Shown one piece after another: positions 38,065-48,085 of a stretch of 64,000 nucleotides of DNA. The notes beneath the pieces are model-generated. The model ran no database searches. It worked only from the letters and a program-made list of their open reading frames with translations, and was not told where the DNA came from. How positions within the stretch are numbered: position 1 is the stretch's first letter; every line of letters starts with the position of its first letter. This DNA is from Candidatus Giovannonibacteria bacterium (GTDB lineage: Bacteria; Patescibacteriota; Minisyncoccia; JACPKW01; UBA11713). A program made the position numbers and the translations under genes. The stretch is taken from positions 3,191-67,190 of the forward strand of contig JACPKW010000006.1 in the NCBI GenBank assembly GCA_016186825.1, read 5' to 3'.

Positions 38065-38585
38065 TTTGAAAAAATATAGCTGATAAGCCTAAAGGTATAA
38101 TAAGTCTTCCAATTTCCGCTTTCCCCGGCTTCTTTCCTAAAATTTATTTTATCCATGATCATTTGATAAGGCATGTTTTCGAGTAAAAAAGAATATCGGA
38201 GCAAGCCGGAAAAAGACCCCGAAGCTTCCAGCTGGAAAGACGGCCCGAGCTCTGCAGCGTTCAAAATTCCAGTCGCTGAAGTTACCTTCAAATTTATGCC
38301 CGATAGGCGGGCGATTTCTTCTAAGTCCTCAATAAAGTGGACAAGATTTTCGTCAGTTATGAATAATTTATCAAGCATTTCTTTTTCTTCGTTTAAATCG
38401 TCCAAAGTATTTGTAATGGCTTTTACATTTCTTGTTTTAGTTTCAGCGAGTGCAATATTGCTTTTTAATATACGAACTTCTGCTTTTAAAATCTGAATCT
38501 GATTTAAAACAAAATATCCTGCGACAAAAACCGAGATTAAAATCGCCGCACCTCCCAATATTCTTTTGTCTAAAAGAATATTCAT
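38061..38585 (-). CDS. PilO-like protein
   Basis: TM + coiled coil + GSF..L...LLENMPY; follows pilM and pilN-like gene. Confidence 0.7.
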   Translation of the reverse strand: MNILLDKRILGGAAILISVFVAGYFVLNQIQILKAEVRILKSNIALAETKTRNVKAITNTLDDLNEEKEMLDKLFITDENLVHFIEDLEEIARLSGINLKVTSATGILNAAELGPSFQLEASGSFSGLLRYSFLLENMPYQMIMDKINFRKEAGESGNWKTYYTFRLISYIFSK

Positions 38586-39124
38586 TTTAATTCTAATGTT
38601 AAAGAAAATGGAGCGTTAGAATCTTTCAATAAATTTGAGACTGGCGACTCCACTTTTTTAAAGGCGTCCACTGATTCCAAATTTTTTAAAAAAACAAGAA
38701 AATCATCTCTTCTTTGGGCTACGCCTTCTACAAAAATGATTTCTTTAGAATTCGCCGCTTTTCTTTCGTAATTTAAACTCTCGATAGCAATTCCGGAATT
38801 TTGCTTTTCTAGAATTTTTTTAAGATTCGAAGCGACTGGCCGGATTTCCCGCTCGCGCTCTTCAAAATTCGACAGCTTGGAATTGAACTCTTTTAGAGTT
38901 TTTTCAATGAGGCCGACCTCTTTGAGTTCGGGGCTTGTCTCGGCAAATTCGAGACCCCTTTCTAATCCGGTCTTTTCAATCAGAAGAGAAAAATAAACAG
39001 GCAAAATCAGAACCGTGCTGATAAAAATCGCAATTGCGATTAAAAATTCAAGCGCCATAAGAAAGCGCGCAAATCTTTCGCGCTTAAGTTTTTTTATATC
39101 TTCTTGCGGAAGGAGATTAATCAT
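38582..39124 (-). CDS. PilN-like protein
   Basis: MINLLP N-terminal motif, TM. Confidence 0.8.
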   Translation of the reverse strand: MINLLPQEDIKKLKRERFARFLMALEFLIAIAIFISTVLILPVYFSLLIEKTGLERGLEFAETSPELKEVGLIEKTLKEFNSKLSNFEEREREIRPVASNLKKILEKQNSGIAIESLNYERKAANSKEIIFVEGVAQRRDDFLVFLKNLESVDAFKKVESPVSNLLKDSNAPFSLTLELK

Positions 39125-40214
39125 AACTTCGTTCGGTTTTTATCGCCGCGAGCGCTAAACCAAGAGCGGTCGCATAAGAAAGCGAATTTCGGTAAGTAAT
39201 TTCGGGAATGTAGTCATTGAAATCGACAACATTAACCCACGGATTTGACATTATGATTGGAAGTTTCAGTTCGTAGGAAAGATACTCCTTAAAACCGTAA
39301 AGATTTGAATCCCCGCCGCAGAGATAAATTTTCCGCACCGAAGGGTCTGGGAAATTTACATTTTTCGCATGCTCTTTCCAAAATATCAAATGTCTCGAGA
39401 TCTCATCCCGGATCGCTGATATCGTTGGCAAAAGTGCGTCAAAAACTTCTTTGTTTTCCTCTGTTCTAACGAGACCTTTCTCATTTTTTATTCGTTCCGC
39501 TTCTTCGGGAGAAATTTTAAAAATTCTTTGAAGAACTTCGTCCAAAGCCGCGCCGGCAACAGTAACGGTTGAGGTAAATCTTACAACCCCTTCGGAAACA
39601 ATTATAAAGCTTGTGCGAGTTCGGCCAAAATCAACAACCATGACAGGTTCTCTTTCGCTTTTAGGAAGCGCCGAGCGCACCAAAGCATGCGCTTCCATTT
39701 CAAACGAAATCGGTATTAGGCCTGCCTGGCGGACGACATCGCGATAATCTTCAACCAAGGCCTTCGGAAACGCGACTACGACCAAATCCAGATTATTACT
39801 ATCTCCGGAATGCGGGATAATTTCGAAATCAAAAATCGCCTGCCGCGCGTTAAGGGGAATATGCTCTTCCAGTTGCAGCTCGAGAGCTTCACGCAAATTT
39901 TCTGAAGGCATCGCTGGCATAGTAACCACATCGACAAAAGCTTTTTCTTCCGGAAGCGAGAGAACTACTCCCCTCGAAGCATGTTTTTCAAAAACCTCTT
40001 TCAAAATCGAGGCCAGTGTGTCTTTATCCTTAATTTCCCCGGCCTTTATCACTCCGGGGGGAAGAATTTTTTCGCCGAAATTTTCAACTTCAAGATGGCC
40101 TGAACTTTCCACAAGCTCAACGTATTTCATGGAACGGTCCGAAATATCAATCCCAAAAGCAGGCATTCTTAGATAGCGTGGAGGAGGAAAAAATTTATAA
40201 ATAAGTCTATCCAT
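39117..40214 (-). CDS. pilM: Type IV pilus assembly protein PilM
   Basis: FGIDISD, VDFGRTRT, IYLCGG, ATALGLAL. Confidence 0.9.
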   Translation of the reverse strand: MDRLIYKFFPPPRYLRMPAFGIDISDRSMKYVELVESSGHLEVENFGEKILPPGVIKAGEIKDKDTLASILKEVFEKHASRGVVLSLPEEKAFVDVVTMPAMPSENLREALELQLEEHIPLNARQAIFDFEIIPHSGDSNNLDLVVVAFPKALVEDYRDVVRQAGLIPISFEMEAHALVRSALPKSEREPVMVVDFGRTRTSFIIVSEGVVRFTSTVTVAGAALDEVLQRIFKISPEEAERIKNEKGLVRTEENKEVFDALLPTISAIRDEISRHLIFWKEHAKNVNFPDPSVRKIYLCGGDSNLYGFKEYLSYELKLPIIMSNPWVNVVDFNDYIPEITYRNSLSYATALGLALAAIKTERSYD

Positions 40215-40216
40215 TT

Positions 40217-42022
40217 TTATGGTAAAACTTCCCTCCAGGTATCAATCCCCCAGCCGCCGGAAGGACCGGATGTGAAATTTAGATTGGCGAGTCCAGATAC
40301 ATAATTTATTACTGCGTTGTTGTTTAAGTGCATCCCATACGCAGTCGCTTCTTTTGCCAATGCATTATTGGCAAAATCAATGCGGCCATCGGATGCATAA
40401 TAAATTACACCGTCAGAGTTGTTGGAAATATTCATAACATTTTGGCTCGGCGCATTCTTCGCGGAGAGCAAAAGAATAAAACTTTCAGGATCGCCCGATC
40501 CTTCGAAAGTGCAGTTATTTGATACCGTAATTACTCCGTCTGAAAATATTATTCCTGAATCAGCTCCATAATCCGGCGAAAGCTTAATGACGCAGTTATT
40601 GGAAAAATTTATGTCGCCTGCCACATAAATTGTACCGGACACGGTAAGTATCGCATTATTTGAAACAGTCATGCTGCCATTAATTTTTTTTGGGCCGAGC
40701 GTTGCCAAAGCCCCATTTTCTGTCAGGCTGAAATTTCCGCTCGAATCGCATAAGGGACTCAAACATTCACCCCCAATTAACGAATCAGCTCTCCAGTCCT
40801 CAATCAAGCCGGCAGAAATCGGCAATTCTTCGCGCGAAGGATTGTCCACGATGCAATACTGATTGGGACAAGCCGAGCCATGCACTATATCGTCAACGAA
40901 AAGGTTTGCGCGTCCAGTGCCCATTGTGCTGTCCCCTACAGTCAAACTCTCGATTCTCGTGTTCACCCCGCCAATCCATACTTTAAACGAAAGATCACCG
41001 CCTACATCCGTCCAGCTTGCGGATCCGGAATCCCAGTCGGAAGTGTATTTTCCTGTGTTTGAGAGGTAGCCATCCGTCGAATCTTTTTTCCAGTTCCAGT
41101 AATTTGAGGAAGAATTTGAACCATAATCAAGAATAATCCAATATTTGCTGCCGTTTGCGAGAACCGGAACTGAAGAAAAAGCCACATTAATCCAGGACGG
41201 AGTCGAACCTACTGTGCTCGGAACAATTACGGCATTTGCCAAACTTGAACTTGCCGGTTTTCCTCCGTTATCAGAAGCGATGCGCACGTTGATACTCGAT
41301 CCCGGAGACCCGACTTTTCCCAGGTAAAGAGAAATTTTTGAAAGACCCCCCGAAGCATTTGTGATAAAAGACTGTGCTATATCGCGATTAGATGCGGCAG
41401 TCGCAAAGAATTGATCCGAATCGTAACTTTCCCAAGAAAGCGATGGATCCGATGTAATTCCTCCGGCGACGATGACATCGCCAAAAACTTTTGCGCCGTT
41501 TGACCCGACAACGTTTCCGTTCGAATAAACACTCCCGTTCACAATTGCGTTATTATCCATTGTGAGACCCCCATCTCCGACCTGAATCCCATAGAAAAAG
41601 CTGACATTATCACTTCCCATAGTGAGATGGGATTCAACCGCCCTCGTTGCTCCTGAATAATCTCCCGTGGAAGTGATTACGCGCTGGGTCTGTGTAGGAA
41701 TCGAAACGTTTGTTATAGCGCTTGCCCCATCGATGGATAGCGTAAAGGATGAGGTAAGATTTTTTCCCCGTCGCAAACGGTAAACTGCGTCATCAACCCC
41801 CGCTTCAGCGACAAAGAAAGAGAGGCGGGATTTAAAATTGCTTGAGGCTACTTTTGACTCTCTAAGCGCGAAGGCAGCGGTAGAAAAAATCACGGAAAGC
41901 ATAAGAAACATAATGATGATGACAGTGAGCAGAGCGGCTTGCCCGCTATTTTTTTGATTTGAAAATTGCTTGCCCGCCGAAGCCTTGGCGAAGGCGGGGA
42001 AATTAAAAATCGAAAATTTCAT
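40217..42022 (-). CDS. PilX-like minor pilin with large extracellular domain
   Basis: SGQAALL cleavage-like site, AEAGVDDA, C-terminal WREV. Confidence 0.75.
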   Translation of the reverse strand: MKFSIFNFPAFAKASAGKQFSNQKNSGQAALLTVIIIMFLMLSVIFSTAAFALRESKVASSNFKSRLSFFVAEAGVDDAVYRLRRGKNLTSSFTLSIDGASAITNVSIPTQTQRVITSTGDYSGATRAVESHLTMGSDNVSFFYGIQVGDGGLTMDNNAIVNGSVYSNGNVVGSNGAKVFGDVIVAGGITSDPSLSWESYDSDQFFATAASNRDIAQSFITNASGGLSKISLYLGKVGSPGSSINVRIASDNGGKPASSSLANAVIVPSTVGSTPSWINVAFSSVPVLANGSKYWIILDYGSNSSSNYWNWKKDSTDGYLSNTGKYTSDWDSGSASWTDVGGDLSFKVWIGGVNTRIESLTVGDSTMGTGRANLFVDDIVHGSACPNQYCIVDNPSREELPISAGLIEDWRADSLIGGECLSPLCDSSGNFSLTENGALATLGPKKINGSMTVSNNAILTVSGTIYVAGDINFSNNCVIKLSPDYGADSGIIFSDGVITVSNNCTFEGSGDPESFILLLSAKNAPSQNVMNISNNSDGVIYYASDGRIDFANNALAKEATAYGMHLNNNAVINYVSGLANLNFTSGPSGGWGIDTWREVLP

Positions 42023-42023
42023 G

Positions 42024-42527
42024 TTAATACATCCCCCTTAAAACCGCGCTTCCATAAAAGTTTTTCGTTCTTAGATATGCGCCCGATCCGGCTTCCAACG
42101 TAAATTCGACTTTTATTATTTCCGAATTGATAGCGCCGGAGGAAATCATCCTATAAAATTTTAAATTTGTAACTCTGGTATCCGCAGTCAAGTCATCCGG
42201 AGGATTCGCGCCGTTTTGAACTTGTAATGTACCGGATGATAAGGAAAATTTCTTGTCCCCCACTTTCAATATTCCCGGACTTGCTCCAAAAACACTGACA
42301 CCCGTGTCTGTAACATTTGCGGCGCGAATTTCGCGCACCATAGTTTCAAGCGCCACGTCACCTTCCGCCGAAAGACTCCGCTCCACGCTGGTTCGCAAAT
42401 AAACTTTATAAATTGACAAGAGCGACCCCACTGCAAGAACCGCGATAATTGCTAAAATTCCTGAATAAACCACAAGTTCAAACAAAGAATATCCGCCGGA
42501 AAAAGATTTGAAAGGATCGCGTTGCAT
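42024..42527 (-). CDS. Minor type IV pilin (PilW-like)
   Basis: GYSLFELVVY; ATG 42527 overlaps upstream TAA. Confidence 0.8.
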   Translation of the reverse strand: MQRDPFKSFSGGYSLFELVVYSGILAIIAVLAVGSLLSIYKVYLRTSVERSLSAEGDVALETMVREIRAANVTDTGVSVFGASPGILKVGDKKFSLSSGTLQVQNGANPPDDLTADTRVTNLKFYRMISSGAINSEIIKVEFTLEAGSGAYLRTKNFYGSAVLRGMY

Positions 42528-43060
42528 TAGTTGCTGAAAATATTTGATAAATATGTCGAAACACCGACGCTTGGAGTCGTATAGCGCTCCTGCCAATATA
42601 TACTCACTGTTATTTTTTTAGTTTCGGGGTCTACTGTGCCGCCCGACGTAACTATATCCGCATTCGAATCGCGGGAAACACTTTGAACATTCACTTTTCT
42701 TCTGAAAAGGCCGTCAATCAGCCCCGGATCGGCAGTTACGATGCTCCAAACGGATGTTCCGGCATCGAAAGAAAGATAGTAATCCGTGCCGGGAGTTAAA
42801 CTTTCAAAATTAGCACCCCAGCTTTTATCTCTCAAAAAACGCATTGCTTCGATCCCCTCCTCGGCAAGGAAGTTTGCCCTGATTCTGTCCGAAGCTTCCA
42901 TGGAAAGCCGGTTCGAAATGATAAACACGGCAAGCAAAGAAAAAACTGTCGCGCTCAAAATTGAAGCGGCGATCACAACTTCAATAAGACCGAACCCAGA
43001 CGCGTTTTTTTTCATCATTTTTCTTGATTTTAACATATTACTTTGCAATTCCGGTCGCAT
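42527..43060 (-). CDS. Minor type IV pilin (PilV-like)
   Basis: GFGLIEVVIA, LAEEGIEAMR. Confidence 0.8.
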   Translation of the reverse strand: MRPELQSNMLKSRKMMKKNASGFGLIEVVIAASILSATVFSLLAVFIISNRLSMEASDRIRANFLAEEGIEAMRFLRDKSWGANFESLTPGTDYYLSFDAGTSVWSIVTADPGLIDGLFRRKVNVQSVSRDSNADIVTSGGTVDPETKKITVSIYWQERYTTPSVGVSTYLSNIFSN

Positions 43061-43484
43061 AAATCGAAATTGTGCGCGATTTTGAACTATCCGAAACGGA
43101 TTGGATTGTAAGCGTGCCCGCTGCAGAGGAATTTCCGCTCAAACGCGCAAAAATTACATCGCTCGCTCCGCCTAAACTTATTGAGCTTACTGTCAAAACG
43201 CTCGGCAACAAATAAATTTCGTTCGAAGCATCAGAAGAATCATAAAGGGCGCCCTTAAAAAAGACTGCGCGATCCGCTTCAAAATGCACGCCGTAACTTG
43301 AATTACTCTCCGAAGCAAGTGTCCGGGCGCGGGCATCACTTAATAAACCCAAAATATTCGCATGCGCCTCTGCTAAAGCATTATTTTCGTTAAGCCTCAT
43401 AAAAGAGGCAATAATAACCGCCGCAAGCGCAAAAACAATAAGGATCACGAAAATATTTTCAATTAAAGTCATCCCCGATTTCAT
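43038..43484 (-). CDS. Minor type IV pilin (FimT/GspH-like)
   Basis: GMTLIE, YGVHF. Confidence 0.8.
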   Translation of the reverse strand: MKSGMTLIENIFVILIVFALAAVIIASFMRLNENNALAEAHANILGLLSDARARTLASESNSSYGVHFEADRAVFFKGALYDSSDASNEIYLLPSVLTVSSISLGGASDVIFARLSGNSSAAGTLTIQSVSDSSKSRTISIYATGIAK

Positions 43485-43486
43485 TT

Positions 43487-44695
43487 TTAAAGCGCTCCCG
43501 CCAAATTATATAAGGGCGTGATCATTGAAACCGCAAAGAAACCGACCGCAATGCCAATCACGATCATCAAAACCGGCTCGATTACCGCGGAGAGATCCTT
43601 CGTCTCCGAAGAAACTTCGCTTTCATAAAAAAGAGCGAGGCGGCTAAGCATTTCGGAAAGTTTGCCTGTCTCTTCTCCAACCGCAATCATTTCTCCAACC
43701 AAAAGCGGGTAAAGTTCGGGGTGAGCGATAAAAATTTTCGAGATCAGATTCCCTTTTTCAATATCTTTTTTCGCCTGCCGGATTACTTCTTTATAGTAAT
43801 GGTTTTGGAGCACATCTTCCGTAACCGTCAGAGCTTCAAGAATTTCCACTCCGGAGCTGATAAGCGAGCCGAGCGTGCGCGCGGTTCGCGCAGCGTTCGT
43901 TTTTTTTACCAAGCCCGAGATAACCGGCATTTTAAGCCAGATGGTATCAAAAAACTTTTTTCCCGCAACGCTCCTGTGCGCGGCAGTTAAGCCGGCGATT
44001 AGTAAAACCGCGGCTATGCTCACGAAGATGTAGTTTGTACTCAAAAAAGAGCTCAGGGCGATTATAATTTTTGTCGACAAAGGAAGTTCGACATTCATTT
44101 CTTCGAAAGTTTGAACCAGAGTCGGGACTACATAGATCAGCATCAAAATTCCAATCACTATAATCGCAATCAAAATAATAATCGGATAGACCATCGCCCC
44201 GCGAACCTTCCTTCTAAGATCGTAATCGCGCTTCAGCTGGTGCGAAATCAATTTCAGCGCTTCTTCAAGTTTTCCGGTTTTTTCGCCCGCCGAAACCATA
44301 GCGCGAAAGAGCCCTGAAAAAATGTTCTGATGCTTATCCATCGCCTGGGATAAATTTTCTCCGCGGCGAATCGCATTTGCAAGATCGACTAAGACTTCCT
44401 TAAAGCGGCGGTTGGGCGTTTGCTCGGAAAGAATTTCGATCGCGCGCGCAAGCGAGACGCCCGCGGCAACCATTACGGAAAGATTCCGCGCAAAAAGCAT
44501 TTTTTCCGCAATCGGCACGCGCGAAAAAAAAGAAGGGAGCCTAAATCCGCCTGCTTTTTTCCCTTCCGAGGTCTGAATCAAAATATAACCTTCTTTTTTT
44601 AGCACGCGCGCCAAGTCGAATTTGTCCTGGGCTTCGCGCGCCCCTTTTATTTCCTCTCCGGAAAGGCTCTTCGCAACATATGAAAAATTCGGCAT
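43487..44695 (-). CDS. pilC: Type IV pilus platform protein PilC/GspF
   Basis: GEKTGKLE, AMVYP, VGEETGKL, IEP. Confidence 0.93.
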   Translation of the reverse strand: MPNFSYVAKSLSGEEIKGAREAQDKFDLARVLKKEGYILIQTSEGKKAGGFRLPSFFSRVPIAEKMLFARNLSVMVAAGVSLARAIEILSEQTPNRRFKEVLVDLANAIRRGENLSQAMDKHQNIFSGLFRAMVSAGEKTGKLEEALKLISHQLKRDYDLRRKVRGAMVYPIIILIAIIVIGILMLIYVVPTLVQTFEEMNVELPLSTKIIIALSSFLSTNYIFVSIAAVLLIAGLTAAHRSVAGKKFFDTIWLKMPVISGLVKKTNAARTARTLGSLISSGVEILEALTVTEDVLQNHYYKEVIRQAKKDIEKGNLISKIFIAHPELYPLLVGEMIAVGEETGKLSEMLSRLALFYESEVSSETKDLSAVIEPVLMIVIGIAVGFFAVSMITPLYNLAGAL

Positions 44696-44696
44696 G

Positions 44697-46445
44697 CTAC
44701 TCGCGTGTGACTCTTAAAACTTCTTCAATCGTAGTAACACCGAGGACAGCTTTCACAATTCCATCTTCCAGCATCGTCATCATTCCTTCTTCTTTGGCGG
44801 TTTTTTCTATCTGGTCTGAAGTTGCATTCGACATAATTAACGCTCTGATGCTTTCGGTCACGGGGAGGACTTCGTGAATTCCAATCCGGTTTTCAAAACC
44901 GTCGGGCGCTTCTGATGTCGGGACGGGTTTGTAAAATGAGACATCGTCCCAGCCATCGCCCGCCTTAATAGCTTTTGTTTCATGCAAAAATTTGAGCATG
45001 CGGTCCAAATCCACTTCTTTCCCGAGTTCTCGCAATTCATCTTTTGAAATTTTATAAGGCTTTTTTGAAGAACATAATACGCGCACTAAACGCTGGCCGA
45101 TAATCACGTTCACCGTGGAAGCGATTAAAAACGGCTCCACTTTCATGTCCAAAAGGCGCGGCAACGTCCCCGCTGCAGAATTTGTGTGCAAAGTCGAGAG
45201 CACAAGATGCCCAGTGAGCGCCGCGTTGATAGCGAGCGAAGCCGTTTCATTATCGCGGATCTCGCCTACCATTATGATGTCCGGGTCTTGCCTTACGAGC
45301 GAGCGGAGGCCGTTTGCAAAGCTAAATCCGATTTCAGGCTTGACTTGAGTTTGATTAACGCGAGGCATCCTATACTCAATCGGATCTTCAATCGTCGAAA
45401 TATTTACTTCGGGAGTATTTAAAATATCAATTATCGTATACAAAGTAGTCGTCTTTCCCGAACCAGTCGGCCCGGTCGCAAGCACCATCCCCACAGGACG
45501 CTTAATCGCGTGATGCAGACGTTCCAGCGCCTCTCCTCCGAATCCAAGCCCCTCAAGTGAAAACCCCTCCGAATTTTCGGGAAGCAGACGCATCACCGCC
45601 TTTTCGCCGTCATAAATTGGGAGGATCGAAACCCTGAAAGAAAATTTCTGCTCGGAATTTTCCATTTTGAATCTCCCGTCTTGCGGCAGGCGATGCTCAT
45701 CCAATTTCAGATTCGAAAGCACTTTTATTCTGGCAATTACTCCGGAAGCTGCTTTTTTAGGCAAAATCATCGCATCGTGAAGGATGCCGTCAATCCGGTA
45801 GCGCACCAAAAGTTGATTTTCTTCAGGCTCGATATGAATGTCCGATGCCCGCTGGGTGATTGCATGTTTCAAAAGTGTTTCGACGATTCGGACAACCGGC
45901 AGATCTTCCGCCATTTTTTTCAGATCTTCAGCATCTTTCTCCGGCTCACCAGAAGTTTGGGAAATTTTAAGATTCCCCGATTCTTTTTTGATGATTTCGC
46001 CGAATTCCGCCTCGAGCGATTTATTATATTGCTTCAAAACATGCTTGATTGAGGCCGGATTAGTTAAACGCGGCAGAATTTTTAAATCCGCCTTCTTGCG
46101 GATAAACTCGATTGTCTCCAAATCCTGCGGATCGAGCATGGCGACTTCAAGGCTTGAACCCAACTTTCTGTAGGAAACGATATTATGATTACGGGCGATC
46201 GGCTCGGGAATTATGCCCAAAACGTCCTCCGGAATCTTTTCATGCTCTAAGTTGACAAAAGGGATTCCGAGCACATATGCCCGCATTTTCCCCAAGTCTT
46301 CCTCGGTAATTTTCCCATCCTTCACGAGCACATCGCCCAAATCCTTTTCTCCTACGGCTTTTTTCTCCGCTTTTTCTATATCACTCGGGCTAACAAGCTC
46401 CGAATCAATTAAAAAAGTTTTTAGTTGTTTGGCATCAACTTTCAC
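44697..46445 (-). CDS. pilB: Type IV pilus assembly ATPase PilB/GspE
   Basis: ASDIHIEP, GPTGSGKTT, RQDPDIIMVGEIRD, TGHLVLSTLH. Confidence 0.95.
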   Translation of the reverse strand: MKVDAKQLKTFLIDSELVSPSDIEKAEKKAVGEKDLGDVLVKDGKITEEDLGKMRAYVLGIPFVNLEHEKIPEDVLGIIPEPIARNHNIVSYRKLGSSLEVAMLDPQDLETIEFIRKKADLKILPRLTNPASIKHVLKQYNKSLEAEFGEIIKKESGNLKISQTSGEPEKDAEDLKKMAEDLPVVRIVETLLKHAITQRASDIHIEPEENQLLVRYRIDGILHDAMILPKKAASGVIARIKVLSNLKLDEHRLPQDGRFKMENSEQKFSFRVSILPIYDGEKAVMRLLPENSEGFSLEGLGFGGEALERLHHAIKRPVGMVLATGPTGSGKTTTLYTIIDILNTPEVNISTIEDPIEYRMPRVNQTQVKPEIGFSFANGLRSLVRQDPDIIMVGEIRDNETASLAINAALTGHLVLSTLHTNSAAGTLPRLLDMKVEPFLIASTVNVIIGQRLVRVLCSSKKPYKISKDELRELGKEVDLDRMLKFLHETKAIKAGDGWDDVSFYKPVPTSEAPDGFENRIGIHEVLPVTESIRALIMSNATSDQIEKTAKEEGMMTMLEDGIVKAVLGVTTIEEVLRVTRE

Positions 46446-46547
46446 CCCGTTAGATATCCCAATATTTAGCCTTTAAAATAAAGACCTTTTTGTGACTTTC
46501 TGGTTTAATATTTATGATTTTCATAAAGAGATATCTGGTGAGGTGAA
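46441..46547. mobile_element. ACCCCGTTAGA-type MITE-like element (copy 2), overlapping the pilB start
   Basis: ttcaccccgttagatatc ... gatatctggtgaggtgaa. Confidence 0.55.
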
Positions 46548-46614
46548 TAGCTCTTCTTAATTATATATGAAAGAGTGCTGATTAAATGGGCATATTTTTT
46601 AGATAAAGCGCCGA

Positions 46615-46643
46615 TTGACAAACCTAAATTAATTAACTATGCT
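46615..46643 (+). promoter_or_regulatory. Sigma70-type promoter of nusA
   Basis: TTGACA-N17-TATGCT. Confidence 0.65.
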
Positions 46644-46757
46644 CAAGAGAGTCCGTTCGAAAAACGGGCTTTAATTTTAAGAATTGCTAGAAATGGGGCT
46701 CAATTTTTAGCCAAAACCTTGCCCAAAATAAATTAACATAATTTTGTAAAAATTGGC

Positions 46758-48071
46758 ATGATAGACAATAAAAATTTTCAATCCGCGCTCGAAGAGCTCT
46801 TAATGGAGCGAGGAATTCCCAAAGAAAAGATTTTCGAAACAATCGAGCTTGCTTTGGCTGCGGCTTATAAAAAAGACTACGGCAAGCGCGGGCAGATTAT
46901 TCGTGCTGAATTTGATTCAAAAACCGCACAATCAAAATTTTCACAGATAAAAATAGTCGTTGATGAAAGCATGCTCAAGGGCGAAGATGAAGATGATGGG
47001 GCTGAAAATGTTGAACTTGAAAAAGAGGCTCTGGAAACGGAGGGCGAAGTGCGGAAGGTGCGCTTCAACCCCGAGCGGCACATTATGCTCGAGGAAGCCA
47101 AAAAAATTAATCCAAAAATAGAGCCCGGGGAGGAGCTCATTTTTCCGCTCGAAACAAAGGACGATTACGGACGGATCGCGGCGCAGACTGCAAAGCAAGT
47201 AATTATCCAGAGAATCCGCGAGGCTGAACGCGAGTCTGTTTTTTCCGAATTCGAATCAAAGCAGGGACAGGTTATTTCCGGAATAGTTCAGCGCATTGAA
47301 GGGCGAAACGTATTTTTGGATCTGGGACGTGCCACAGCCATTCTCCCCCGCGAAGAACAGATACGCGGAGAACGCTACAGGATCGGAGAGCGCATCAAAG
47401 CTTATCTTTTCTTGGTCGAAAAAAACCCGAAAGGGCCGGGGCTCTATCTTTCCCGCTCGCACCCGCGTTTTGTCGCGAAGTTGTTTGAAATTGAAGTTCC
47501 GGAAATCGCAAATGGGGCAGTTGAAATTAAAAACATTGCGCGCGAAGCAGGATCACGCACAAAAATCGCGGTTTCTTCGAAAGAAGAAGGCGTCGATGCA
47601 GTCGGATCGTGCGTTGGGCAAAAAGGAATCAGGGTCGGAACAGTTATTGCCGAACTCGGCGGAGAAAAAATTGACATCATTGAATGGCGCGACGATCCTG
47701 AAGAATTTATTGCAAAAAGCCTGTCCCCCGCAAAAATTCTTGAAGTCGAGGCAAATCAATCCACAAAAGAAGCAAGCGTTACGGTCGCCGAAGACCAGCT
47801 TTCTCTCGCCATCGGGAAAGGAGGACAAAACGTGAGGCTCGCGGCAAAATTAACAGGGTACAAAATCGATATTCATTCCCGCTCCGGTGAAATGGTCGCA
47901 AGCTCCGAGGAAGAAGAACAAGCAAAAGAGACCGTTGAATCTGGGGATAAAAAAGAAATTGCTGAAAAAGAAGCACAAGTAGAAACTGCCGGAGAAAAGG
48001 CGAATGAACCGCCGGGAAAAAAAGACGGCGAAGAAAAAGAAACCAAACAAAAGTCAAAAAAAATTAAATAA
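46758..48071 (+). CDS. nusA: Transcription elongation factor NusA
   Basis: GRIAAQTAKQV, AREAGSRTKIAV, AIGKGGQNVRLA. Confidence 0.97.
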   Translation: MIDNKNFQSALEELLMERGIPKEKIFETIELALAAAYKKDYGKRGQIIRAEFDSKTAQSKFSQIKIVVDESMLKGEDEDDGAENVELEKEALETEGEVRKVRFNPERHIMLEEAKKINPKIEPGEELIFPLETKDDYGRIAAQTAKQVIIQRIREAERESVFSEFESKQGQVISGIVQRIEGRNVFLDLGRATAILPREEQIRGERYRIGERIKAYLFLVEKNPKGPGLYLSRSHPRFVAKLFEIEVPEIANGAVEIKNIAREAGSRTKIAVSSKEEGVDAVGSCVGQKGIRVGTVIAELGGEKIDIIEWRDDPEEFIAKSLSPAKILEVEANQSTKEASVTVAEDQLSLAIGKGGQNVRLAAKLTGYKIDIHSRSGEMVASSEEEEQAKETVESGDKKEIAEKEAQVETAGEKANEPPGKKDGEEKETKQKSKKIK

Positions 48072-48085
48072 ATTAATACACAAAT

